Virus record (IMG/VR): IMGVR_UViG_3300030012_005163
Coordinates: 64,001 to 128,000 of that record
DNA: 64,000 bases
Origin: a virus
Reading direction: 5' to 3' (one strand)
The stretch's first letter is position 1. Every line of letters begins with the position of its first letter. The position numbers were made by a program, and so were the translations under genes. This document shows positions 9,425-18,118 of the stretch, one piece after another. The notes under the pieces were generated by a model. It saw only the letters and a program-made list of their open reading frames with translations, was not told where the DNA came from and did not search any database.

Positions 9425-12400
9425 ATGAAAATTATAATTTCCGAAACACAGTATAAAAAAGTTTTTGATAATGATTTTTTAATTGTTAGTGAACAAGTAG
9501 ACGGAATATCTGGTGTCGCAATTTCTGCTGCACCAAAATTAAATATGGGTTACCAACCTGTAAAACCTAATCAATTTAAATTAAATTCAGTACCACCCAA
9601 TTTAAGTCTTAATTTAACTGAAAAATTATTAAAATTTGGGCCTAAAGGAGAAGAGATACCTGAAATACCATTACCAGAACCAGCAAAATGTGCGCCAATG
9701 GGTATGGAATTTTACCCTACACCTGAAGGTTGGGACTGGTGTAACTCTTATCAAAAAAGTGACTCTTATATGGGTAATACTGTTACCACCTATTATTCTA
9801 ATAATAAAAAAATAGTTGTAAATGACTCAATTCCAGTTTTTGATTTTAAAAAAATATATTCTGATTATACAGTTAGGGACTCATCTACATATGGTTGGTT
9901 AAATGATGCGATTAGATCATGGAATGATGTTAATGGTAAATGGGGTGGGATGCAAAGAGATGCTAATTGGATTAAAAATATTTATAATTTAAGTGTAGAA
10001 AATATACAAAAATTAGGTGGTGATAAATTATTAGAATTATTTAGTGGGTGTAATGATAGGGAAGATGGTGTCTGTAATACAGATTTATTATATCCGGGAG
10101 TTTTAATAGAAGAATATATTGAAAGGAATATTGATACACAAAAAGACTTTTTTGTACAACTACAGAGAGAAATATTTAAAAAAGAACAGGCAAAGAAAGT
10201 TGAGGAATATAATAAAATATTAGAAAAATTTATAGAAGAAGAGAAGGAGTGGGATAAAATGTATGGTAAGGCATATGCAGATTTAGTAAATGCACAAAAA
10301 GAATTTAACACCAAATATCAAAATCCAAATGATATTCATAGAAGAAATTTTGCAGACAATACTAGAGTAGATAATAGTTACCTTAATTTTGACCCTATAA
10401 TTAAAACTACTGACACAAAAAAAGAGGAGAAAAAATACATTGAAGGTGTTGGAGATGCATTAGGTTTAGATCTTTCGGATTTACCTTTAAAAATTACTAG
10501 TAATGATTTAAAGAAAAAATTCGTTGACTATCTGCGAAAATATTATCCTGAATTTCCTAACTTAATTAAGGGTAAACCTAATGATATATCTGATATAAAA
10601 TGGTTAGAAACTAATAACACATTACAAAGATTATGGGGAAAATTTAGAGTTTATTACGCATATTTTAAGTTAGAAAAAGTTCCACCACCACCTGTAGCAC
10701 CAGATCCTGTTTCCGCCAGATCATTTTCTTCTAGAGAAGGTGATGAACTTTCTCAAAAAGAACAACAATTAGAAACATTAAAATCAATAATTACTTCTAT
10801 TACAAAATATAATCAAAAATTTATTGATCAATATAAATATTCTAAGTATTATAATTCTAACGATAAAGGTGGGTGTAAAAGAACAAGGGGTTATAAACTA
10901 GTTCGATATAACGAACCTTGTAAATCTGCGTTCCATCGAGTTTGGGAAGGTACTGGTAGTGATAGATATAGTTTTTGCCAAGAGAATGTTGAGTTAAGTA
11001 ATTGGAAAAGTTATTGTAGTAATGATAGAAATGGTGGTGTTTGGTGGTATAAAAGTAGTAAATCAACTGGTGGTTGTGGATGTGTAACTAATAGTATGAA
11101 TCAATTTTTGGATCAATATGGACAAACTTATACAGAAATTGATTATTTAACTAAAAATATTAAAACAGATGTAAGGACTATTGGTGAAAAATGGGATGAT
11201 TGTATAGGAGATTGGCATTGTGTTGCAGATATTGCATCAATCGCTGCATTAGTTGTTTTTGCACCATTAAATACAGTTGTTCCAGGTATTAGTTATGCAA
11301 TTTCTGCAGGTATTGATGCCATTAGTGCTGGTGGATACATTGTGGAAGGAGATCCTGGTTGGCAGATAAATGCAGGTTTAACACTTTTAGGTGGATTATT
11401 TAGTGGAGCAGATGCATTTAAATTGGCAAAAGCAGGTTCAAAAGCAGGTAAATTAACTAAGTGGAGTAAAGCTTTAACCGACACAGTTGAGGATATGGGT
11501 AAATTAGAATCCAAATTAAAAAAGATGAGTAAAGTAGAAGCTGATAATTTTTGGGTATCACAGTTAAGAACTAATTTAGGTGACTTATCTGCTACAGAAT
11601 TAAAATATATTGATGATTTATTAAATTCTGTCAAAAACATAAAAGGAGACTTAAAAGATAAGTTTAGTAAAATTTTAGAAGCTTTAAAACCATTAAGTAA
11701 AGGACAAAAAGCAGAATTATCTTTTTTATTGAAAAACCCTAAGACAACTAAGAATTTTATTAAGTTAGTTGAAAAAAATGGTTGGGATTTGGCAAAAACA
11801 TTAGAAAAATATCAGTTTGTAAGATTAGGTAGAGAAGGATTAATACAAGCAAGTTTATTTGGATTACTTACTAATTTTAGTGAAGAAATTGGAGAAAAAA
11901 TACTTTCTAGTATAGATATGCTTAAAGAGTTAACAGGCATAAATCTTAGACCTATGTTGGGCGTACCAGACAAAGACCCAAAGGATGGAGATAGTGAAAA
12001 GGTTAAAAAGATATTAAAAGATTTTAAAGATTATAGATTTTTTGCGAAATCTATAGATATTACATTACGTTCTTCATCTTGGAGAGAAATGCAAGAAAAA
12101 TATGATTTAAAAGTCGAAAAAGATTTATATGATGAAATTTTTAATAGTGAAGATCCGATTGTGGATACAACGGCTTTAACCAATATTTTAGCGAAATTAG
12201 ATTTAATGTATGAAATTTCAAAAGAAATGGAAAAACAAAATAAGTCTAAAGAAGAAATTAAAAATAAATTACAACAATTATTAGATGAAGCACTTAAAAT
12301 TGCGGTAGAAACTACTGGATTTAGAGATAATCTCAATACATTAGAAGATATAAGAAAAAGAACAGGATATTCTGAAGAAGATATAGAAATTTTTAAACAA

Positions 12401-12460
12401 AATAATATGGACTTAGAGTTTAATGATACTCAAGAACAAATGATGAATATCTTGTATTAA
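9425..12460 (+). CDS. 1011-aa unknown protein with a leader, a Cys/Trp-rich middle region and a pre-toxin-like hydrophobic hairpin
   Basis: Leader MKIIISETQYKKVF...IVSEQ; segment DIASIAALVVFAP...GIDAISAGGYIVEGD...LTLLGGLFSGADAFKLAKAG. Confidence 0.75.
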   Translation: MKIIISETQYKKVFDNDFLIVSEQVDGISGVAISAAPKLNMGYQPVKPNQFKLNSVPPNLSLNLTEKLLKFGPKGEEIPEIPLPEPAKCAPMGMEFYPTPEGWDWCNSYQKSDSYMGNTVTTYYSNNKKIVVNDSIPVFDFKKIYSDYTVRDSSTYGWLNDAIRSWNDVNGKWGGMQRDANWIKNIYNLSVENIQKLGGDKLLELFSGCNDREDGVCNTDLLYPGVLIEEYIERNIDTQKDFFVQLQREIFKKEQAKKVEEYNKILEKFIEEEKEWDKMYGKAYADLVNAQKEFNTKYQNPNDIHRRNFADNTRVDNSYLNFDPIIKTTDTKKEEKKYIEGVGDALGLDLSDLPLKITSNDLKKKFVDYLRKYYPEFPNLIKGKPNDISDIKWLETNNTLQRLWGKFRVYYAYFKLEKVPPPPVAPDPVSARSFSSREGDELSQKEQQLETLKSIITSITKYNQKFIDQYKYSKYYNSNDKGGCKRTRGYKLVRYNEPCKSAFHRVWEGTGSDRYSFCQENVELSNWKSYCSNDRNGGVWWYKSSKSTGGCGCVTNSMNQFLDQYGQTYTEIDYLTKNIKTDVRTIGEKWDDCIGDWHCVADIASIAALVVFAPLNTVVPGISYAISAGIDAISAGGYIVEGDPGWQINAGLTLLGGLFSGADAFKLAKAGSKAGKLTKWSKALTDTVEDMGKLESKLKKMSKVEADNFWVSQLRTNLGDLSATELKYIDDLLNSVKNIKGDLKDKFSKILEALKPLSKGQKAELSFLLKNPKTTKNFIKLVEKNGWDLAKTLEKYQFVRLGREGLIQASLFGLLTNFSEEIGEKILSSIDMLKELTGINLRPMLGVPDKDPKDGDSEKVKKILKDFKDYRFFAKSIDITLRSSSWREMQEKYDLKVEKDLYDEIFNSEDPIVDTTALTNILAKLDLMYEISKEMEKQNKSKEEIKNKLQQLLDEALKIAVETTGFRDNLNTLEDIRKRTGYSEEDIEIFKQNNMDLEFNDTQEQMMNILY

Positions 12461-12486
12461 TTTACTATTTTTTTAAAAAAACTTAA

Positions 12487-12494
12487 TATTTATA
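12487..12494 (+). promoter_or_regulatory. TATTTATA putative late-promoter motif
   Basis: Only 3 nt before ATG 12498. Confidence 0.55.
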
Positions 12495-12497
12495 ATT

Positions 12498-13355
12498 ATG
12501 GAGAAAAACATTAGTGAAGAAATTAAAAGAATTAAAACTTTATTTACCGAAGAAAGGTTATATGGTAACTTAGTAGAAGCAACTAATCCAGATACTAATA
12601 ATGATAATGTTATAGACGCAACTGAGTTTACTGCTTCTGGTAATGAAATAGATAGGGTTGAAGCAGAATTATTTTTAACTTCAAATAGTAAACCTAAAGA
12701 AAATTTAGTAGATTATTGTTTAAGATCAGGATCAACATTAACATTACCAAAAGAAGTAATTGAAAGTAAGGTTCCTGTGTCATCAAAATTTGTAACAAAA
12801 ATTAATTCGTCAGGTACAAACTGTTTTTGGGAAATGAGAAATCCATCATCTGCAATTATTACTGCACCACAAGTTTCGATGGTATATATTTTAGAAGGTT
12901 ATAAAATGGGATTTTTTGTTAGATTAAGTCCCGTTATTAATTTGAGTACGTTAGCAGATGCTGCTAAAACTTTGGAATATAGAGATCCTCTTCTTACATC
13001 ACTAATCACAACTAATGCGGTTAGAAATAAAGAAGAAAAAATTGAGTATCTTAAATTTGTTGGTAAGTTAAATCCATCTCAATTTTCATCAACACCTAGT
13101 TACTCAGACATTGAATACGTAGATTTAAAGTTTACTGGTTTTTATGATACTAAATTTAGGCAAGCAGAAAACAGATTAGAACAACCATTATTTAAATCAT
13201 TAGAGCATTTACCAAATGGTGGGTACAGACCATTAGATGGCGGCGGAACTAGAATTGACAATTACGCCCCAAAAGTTGATGGAATTATTGAAGAATTAGG
13301 TATTTCACCTGGTAGTGGTAAGATAGAGAGTATAATTGATAATTTACAAAGTTAA
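12498..13355 (+). CDS. Hypothetical protein with a conserved leader and an EF-hand-like loop
   Basis: MEKNISEEIKRIKTLFTEERLYGNLVE leader, followed by DTNNDNVIDATE. Confidence 0.7.
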   Translation: MEKNISEEIKRIKTLFTEERLYGNLVEATNPDTNNDNVIDATEFTASGNEIDRVEAELFLTSNSKPKENLVDYCLRSGSTLTLPKEVIESKVPVSSKFVTKINSSGTNCFWEMRNPSSAIITAPQVSMVYILEGYKMGFFVRLSPVINLSTLADAAKTLEYRDPLLTSLITTNAVRNKEEKIEYLKFVGKLNPSQFSSTPSYSDIEYVDLKFTGFYDTKFRQAENRLEQPLFKSLEHLPNGGYRPLDGGGTRIDNYAPKVDGIIEELGISPGSGKIESIIDNLQS

Positions 13356-13358
13356 GAT

Positions 13359-15854
13359 ATGAAAAAGAATTTATTAATAGAGTCTGATAAAATTAAATCC
13401 TTAATAAATAGAATGGATAAAAAACTATCCTATGATGAATATGTAATATATGAATCTAAACAACTATTAACAGAAATAAGAGTTCCTTTAAAAAATCGTA
13501 TAAGTGGATCTCTTAACAATATAAGGTTGGGTCGCGTAACAAAGAAAATTAGTAAAGACATCGTAAATGACTTAACAAATATAAATAAATTTTTAGATGG
13601 TGATGTGAATGTAGTACTTAAAGGTAACACAGATGAAATTATAGAAGCATTAGTAGACAGTAATGTTTTGGGGTCTACTGAGAAACTCATAGTTAAAAAA
13701 TATCTAGAAACTATAGATGGATTATCTAGATTAGGTAAGGGTGGACAAAAATCAGATATTTTAGATGTTTTAGTAAAAGATGGGACACCCTTAAATGAAG
13801 CTACAGAATACATGATAGATGTTTTAATTGAGAATCAGGAAGTCGCTTTAAAAAAGTTGAAGGGTTATGAAGCTAATAAGTTAAGAAAAATAATAGATGA
13901 CCCTAATAATGTCTCTTTAAGACAAGATTTTATTAGTTCTTTTTTTAGTGATGTATGGAAAAATTGGGATAATATGAGTGAAAGTTTTAAAGCTAAAGTC
14001 ATTAGAAAAGTAAAAGATTTAACCACTAAACAAGTACAAGAAATAGCAGCATTAGATGAAATAGCTGAGGATATGATAGGTACTAAAGTATTATATAAAA
14101 CGGTAGATGGTAAGACTAGAATTATTGTAGTCAATGGAGATGGTTTAAGTGATATTGTTGAAAAAGCACTAAAAGAAAATGGTTGGGCTATAGAGAATTG
14201 GAAAACATTTACTCAAAATGCAGGAATGAAAGGGAGTGGTACAAAGCAGGTATTGATGTATCTTAAAGCAAAAACTAATCCGATATTTAAGTGGTATAAA
14301 AAAAATTGGAAATATATGGCGGGTACTGCTTTAGCCTCAAGAGTCTTAGAATGTTTTTTATTAAGTGATAAATGGGAGAAAATGGAAGAAACGGATAAAA
14401 CAACAAATGAAAAATTTGTTATAGACTATGATTTCTTAGATTGTTTAAAGCCCCAATGGGTGGGTGAACAAGATTATTACGTACCTGATGATTGGAAACC
14501 TAAATATTTTACTTGGGAAGGTATTCTTTTACCATTAGGTGGTCAACTAATAGATTTAATTTATTTTGGTGTAAAAAATACTAAATTAATAAGTTTTAAA
14601 AAAATGTTACAATATATTAAAATGAAAGTGGGTAATGAATATGTAGATGCAAAAGAAGCGTTTTTTGATGGTTTTAATTTGATTCAAATTATTAGGAACA
14701 AGTGTAGTGTTAATCCTGAAGATGTAAGAATAATGAGAGATGGTATTAAAAATAAGTTAAAAAGAGATTTAGGTGACGATGTACCAGATGATGAATTTGG
14801 TATAGGTATAGATGAAATGTTAGGTTTAGGTATGGATAAATACGAAACTAAATTAGACGATTTTATTGATAAATATCAAAATAAAGTAGCAGATCTAGAT
14901 AAACTAAGAGATGATATTAAAGACCAATATGAAAAGAATAAAAAGTATAAGTTAAAGGTTAACGTTGATGAATACCCAGAATTAGATTTCACTCCAGACG
15001 TAGAGGGTAAACTTAAAGAATCTTGTATTGTCGCACAAACTAATGCAGCGATAAAGAGCTATAACGCACACAACGAAATCGCAAAAAGTAGTGAAAAAGA
15101 AGGGGCATCTATGGAAGATGTATATGAAAATACTAAATGGAATTTAGAGTGGTATACTACAACAGGTAAACTTAATAATGAATCAACACCAAATAATGTT
15201 TCCGTAGAAGCTTGTGAATACAATAAAGACAAGTTTAAAAATATGTTACAAATATTTGAAAACAAAGGTATGAATGTAAAAATAGAAAATTTAGATTCAC
15301 AAATAGTTTGTAGTAAAGAAAATATGGATAAACTTAAGATGGATTTAGAAAATAGTTATCTTCTTAAAACTAAAGGAGAAGAAATTATAAATGACTTAGA
15401 AAACGATGAAGATGGAGAACGATTATTAGAGTTAGTAAAAAATGAAGAGTCGATTGATGTTAAAAAATTAGCTCTAAGGTCACTATTTTGTTGGGAGATG
15501 AAAACAAATCAGTATTATCCTATAAATTCTTATATTGATATGTTGTTAAACCTAAAATTAAAAGAAGGTGGAGAAGGCGGAAATTACCTTAAAAATATTG
15601 TACTTAACTTACGTGAAAATACTGATTGGAAAAAAGGTAGTGGGGGTTATAATTTTAAATTAAAAGGTGAGGTTATTGATACTGTAGGAGAACGAATTTG
15701 TAATTGTAGTGATGGTAAAACTAAAAATATTAAATACAATGTTAATGGTACTGAAGTAAATGCTTATGATTATTGTATGAAAGCTTTTAAGCAGAAACTT
15801 AAAGACGAAGGTATTTTTAATAAGTTTAGTGACGGAAGTAGTGGAAGTCAATAA
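13359..15854 (+). CDS. 831-aa helical unknown protein with a leader (putative cargo/ejection protein)
   Basis: MKKNLLIESDKIKSLINRMD...LLTE leader; two short hydrophobic stretches (YMAGTALASRVLECFLL, GILLPLGGQLIDLIYFG). Confidence 0.7.
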   Translation: MKKNLLIESDKIKSLINRMDKKLSYDEYVIYESKQLLTEIRVPLKNRISGSLNNIRLGRVTKKISKDIVNDLTNINKFLDGDVNVVLKGNTDEIIEALVDSNVLGSTEKLIVKKYLETIDGLSRLGKGGQKSDILDVLVKDGTPLNEATEYMIDVLIENQEVALKKLKGYEANKLRKIIDDPNNVSLRQDFISSFFSDVWKNWDNMSESFKAKVIRKVKDLTTKQVQEIAALDEIAEDMIGTKVLYKTVDGKTRIIVVNGDGLSDIVEKALKENGWAIENWKTFTQNAGMKGSGTKQVLMYLKAKTNPIFKWYKKNWKYMAGTALASRVLECFLLSDKWEKMEETDKTTNEKFVIDYDFLDCLKPQWVGEQDYYVPDDWKPKYFTWEGILLPLGGQLIDLIYFGVKNTKLISFKKMLQYIKMKVGNEYVDAKEAFFDGFNLIQIIRNKCSVNPEDVRIMRDGIKNKLKRDLGDDVPDDEFGIGIDEMLGLGMDKYETKLDDFIDKYQNKVADLDKLRDDIKDQYEKNKKYKLKVNVDEYPELDFTPDVEGKLKESCIVAQTNAAIKSYNAHNEIAKSSEKEGASMEDVYENTKWNLEWYTTTGKLNNESTPNNVSVEACEYNKDKFKNMLQIFENKGMNVKIENLDSQIVCSKENMDKLKMDLENSYLLKTKGEEIINDLENDEDGERLLELVKNEESIDVKKLALRSLFCWEMKTNQYYPINSYIDMLLNLKLKEGGEGGNYLKNIVLNLRENTDWKKGSGGYNFKLKGEVIDTVGERICNCSDGKTKNIKYNVNGTEVNAYDYCMKAFKQKLKDEGIFNKFSDGSSGSQ

Positions 15855-15889
15855 TAAGACTAATACATAAAAAAAAATAAGTTTCATAC

Positions 15890-15897
15890 TATTTATT
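15890..15897 (+). promoter_or_regulatory. TATTTATT putative late-promoter motif
   Basis: 36 nt before ATG 15934. Confidence 0.5.
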
Positions 15898-15933
15898 TTA
15901 TATAATAAATAATTAAATTTTAAAAAAAGTTTT

Positions 15934-16719
15934 ATGGAAAATGTACACAATAATATATTGGATCCTAATTATATTCCTGAAGAATTAAAAACACCTTATG
16001 ATGTTATTGAATTACCTTCACAAGGATTATTATATAAGGATAAATTATCTAAAGTAAAAATAGAATTTTTAACTGCAATGGATGAGAATATTTTAAGTTC
16101 TCCTAACTTAAGTTCTAATCCTAATGAAATGATTAATTTATTAATTAAAAATAAAGTTAAAGATTTAAATATGTCTCCTGAAGATTTATTAGATGGTGAT
16201 AGAATGGCGATTTTAATATTTTTAAGAGCAACTGCATTTGGGCATATGTATCAACAAATGGTTTACGATCCTTCAGAAGAGGACTTTGTTGAAGTGGAAA
16301 TAGATTTAACTCAATTAGAACATAAAAAATTATTAATTAAACCAGATAATAATGACGAATTTGATTTTATTTTACCTTCGTCAAAAAAGTTGATTAAATT
16401 TAAATTTCTTACTGCAGGTGATGAAGAGTCTATAGATAATTACGATAAAGAGTTAATGAAAAGGAGAGGTGACAATTTATCACAAAAAATTACTTTAAGA
16501 TTAGAAAAATGTGTTACAGAAATTGATGGGGAAAGGGATAAAATTAAAATATCTAATATTTTAAAGAAATTACCTATTATGGATTCTAGAACTTTAAGAA
16601 AGTATATAGAAAAAAATGAACCAGGAATAAATATGGAAACAAAAGGTCGGACTCAGGGGGGAGGGTCCGTTAGTTGCTTTCTTACACTCGGAGCAAATTT
16701 TTTCTGGCCTCAACTCTAA
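15934..16719 (+). CDS. Baseplate hub/tail assembly chaperone (T4 gp26-like)
   Basis: IELPSQGLLY, LTAMDENILSSP, LLDGDRMAILIFLRATAFG, LPIMDSRTLRKYI...EPGI; position between tube and tape measure. Confidence 0.8.
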   Translation: MENVHNNILDPNYIPEELKTPYDVIELPSQGLLYKDKLSKVKIEFLTAMDENILSSPNLSSNPNEMINLLIKNKVKDLNMSPEDLLDGDRMAILIFLRATAFGHMYQQMVYDPSEEDFVEVEIDLTQLEHKKLLIKPDNNDEFDFILPSSKKLIKFKFLTAGDEESIDNYDKELMKRRGDNLSQKITLRLEKCVTEIDGERDKIKISNILKKLPIMDSRTLRKYIEKNEPGINMETKGRTQGGGSVSCFLTLGANFFWPQL

Positions 16720-16855
16720 TTTTTTACAACATTTACATAAAGAAATTTCTTTTTTAGTTAAGAAAGGTGGGTTTACTTATTCCGATATTATGGTAATGCC
16801 TACATATTCTAGAAGAATTTTTATAGAAAACCTTAAACCAAAAGACAATAAATAA
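16631..16855 (+). CDS. Start-less ORF (gp51-like chaperone C-terminal part) overlapping the chaperone end in the +1 frame
   Basis: Frame open from 16631 to TAA 16853-16855: ...NSNFLQHLHKEISFLVKKGGFTYSDIMVMPTYSRRIFIENLKPKDNK*. The first ATG is only at 16790. Confidence 0.7.
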   Translation: MWKQKVGLRGEGPLVAFLHSEQIFSGLNSNFLQHLHKEISFLVKKGGFTYSDIMVMPTYSRRIFIENLKPKDNK

Positions 16856-16866
16856 TTTTTTATAGA

Positions 16867-16874
16867 TATTTATT
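16867..16874 (+). promoter_or_regulatory. TATTTATT putative late-promoter motif
   Basis: 18 nt before ATG 16893. Confidence 0.6.
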
Positions 16875-16892
16875 AATAAAAAAACTTCAATA

Positions 16893-18092
16893 ATGAAAGA
16901 TTTAGAATATTTTAATAGATTAATAGAGGATGTTGTTGTACATGTTGATGGATTAATAGTAGAACAAAGTGAAAAGGAAGATTACGAACAAGAAAAGACA
17001 GATGCTGAATTAATACAAGATATAATAGATGCTTCCGAAAGTAATCCAAATGAGGATGTAGATGTCCAACAATTATTTGATGATTTAGAAGAAGGAGAAT
17101 TTAGAAAAGCTTTTGGTGTAGAAGAAGCTGATATTGATAGGTGGTTTAGAGAACATCCAAATGTAGATTATGTTATAGAAGGTGGAAAACAAGTGGGTAA
17201 AACAATAAGTAAAACAACATATACTGCAATTAGAACATTTAGAGCACAAGCTCAAGCGCGTAAATTTGCTAGTCAAAATACATTAAAAAAATTAATATCT
17301 AAAGAAGGTACTAAATCTTATTGTCATTGTTTAAAATTAGTGAGAACTTTTATTGATATGGACGATCCATCTGATGAAGCAACTAAATGTCCAGAAATAA
17401 ATAGAGCTATGTGTAGAAGTAATTTTGAAACCTCTTTTAATGCAGAAATTGCTACTTTAAATTCTTATGATCGAGAAATACAAGAAAAACATTATGATGA
17501 TTGTTTAGAAAAATATGGGGGTTTTCGGAATATAGGTAAAAAATTATGGAGTCTTAACTATAGACAACAAGTGGATAAAAACCAACAATGTAAAAAATGG
17601 GATAAAAATATTAAACAAACCGTATCAGATATTATGAGTAAACTTACTTCAATGGCAAGTGAATGGTTTGTGACGACTCAAGATTTTAAAAAGAAAATGT
17701 CAACAGAAGGTGATAGTATTGCGGCTAAACTTATAGTATTTGATAAAATTCGTATAAAGTTTGATGACGATGTGTTTGACCCAAATAACAGTAGTCCACC
17801 TCCTCCTGCATGTCCTTCTGGTGGTTCAACTTTTCCTAATTGTGTACCTAATAGTGAAAAACTTGATGCTGGTGAATATACATTTGAACCTTTAAGTGCT
17901 AGTCCTTTTAGTAAAGGTAATACAGTAATGTTTGCACACGGTTCTTACAGAATGTTAATGACGTTTAAAAATTCTACTAGATTAGCGCCAAATAGTGGTA
18001 GTTTAACTTTTTACACAAAAAGTACGGCAACTTCGGCTGAAAGTCCTAAAGTTAAATGGAAAGGAACAATAACTAGAATGGATGCTTTATAA
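16893..18092 (+). CDS. Hypothetical Cys-containing protein upstream of the tape measure gene
   Basis: 399 aa; acidic N-terminus with LIVEQ; 26 nt from the tape measure start. Confidence 0.7.
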   Translation: MKDLEYFNRLIEDVVVHVDGLIVEQSEKEDYEQEKTDAELIQDIIDASESNPNEDVDVQQLFDDLEEGEFRKAFGVEEADIDRWFREHPNVDYVIEGGKQVGKTISKTTYTAIRTFRAQAQARKFASQNTLKKLISKEGTKSYCHCLKLVRTFIDMDDPSDEATKCPEINRAMCRSNFETSFNAEIATLNSYDREIQEKHYDDCLEKYGGFRNIGKKLWSLNYRQQVDKNQQCKKWDKNIKQTVSDIMSKLTSMASEWFVTTQDFKKKMSTEGDSIAAKLIVFDKIRIKFDDDVFDPNNSSPPPPACPSGGSTFPNCVPNSEKLDAGEYTFEPLSASPFSKGNTVMFAHGSYRMLMTFKNSTRLAPNSGSLTFYTKSTATSAESPKVKWKGTITRMDAL

Positions 18093-18118
18093 TAAAAAAT
18101 TTTAAAAGTTAATAAATT

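Noticed and set aside
16654-16757. Canonical -1 frameshift at G_GGG_GGA, A_AAT_TTT or T_TTT_TTC in the chaperone
   Set aside because: The -1 frame reaches TAG at 16671-16673 or 16755-16757, so it cannot give the gp51-like extension; only +1/-2 does.
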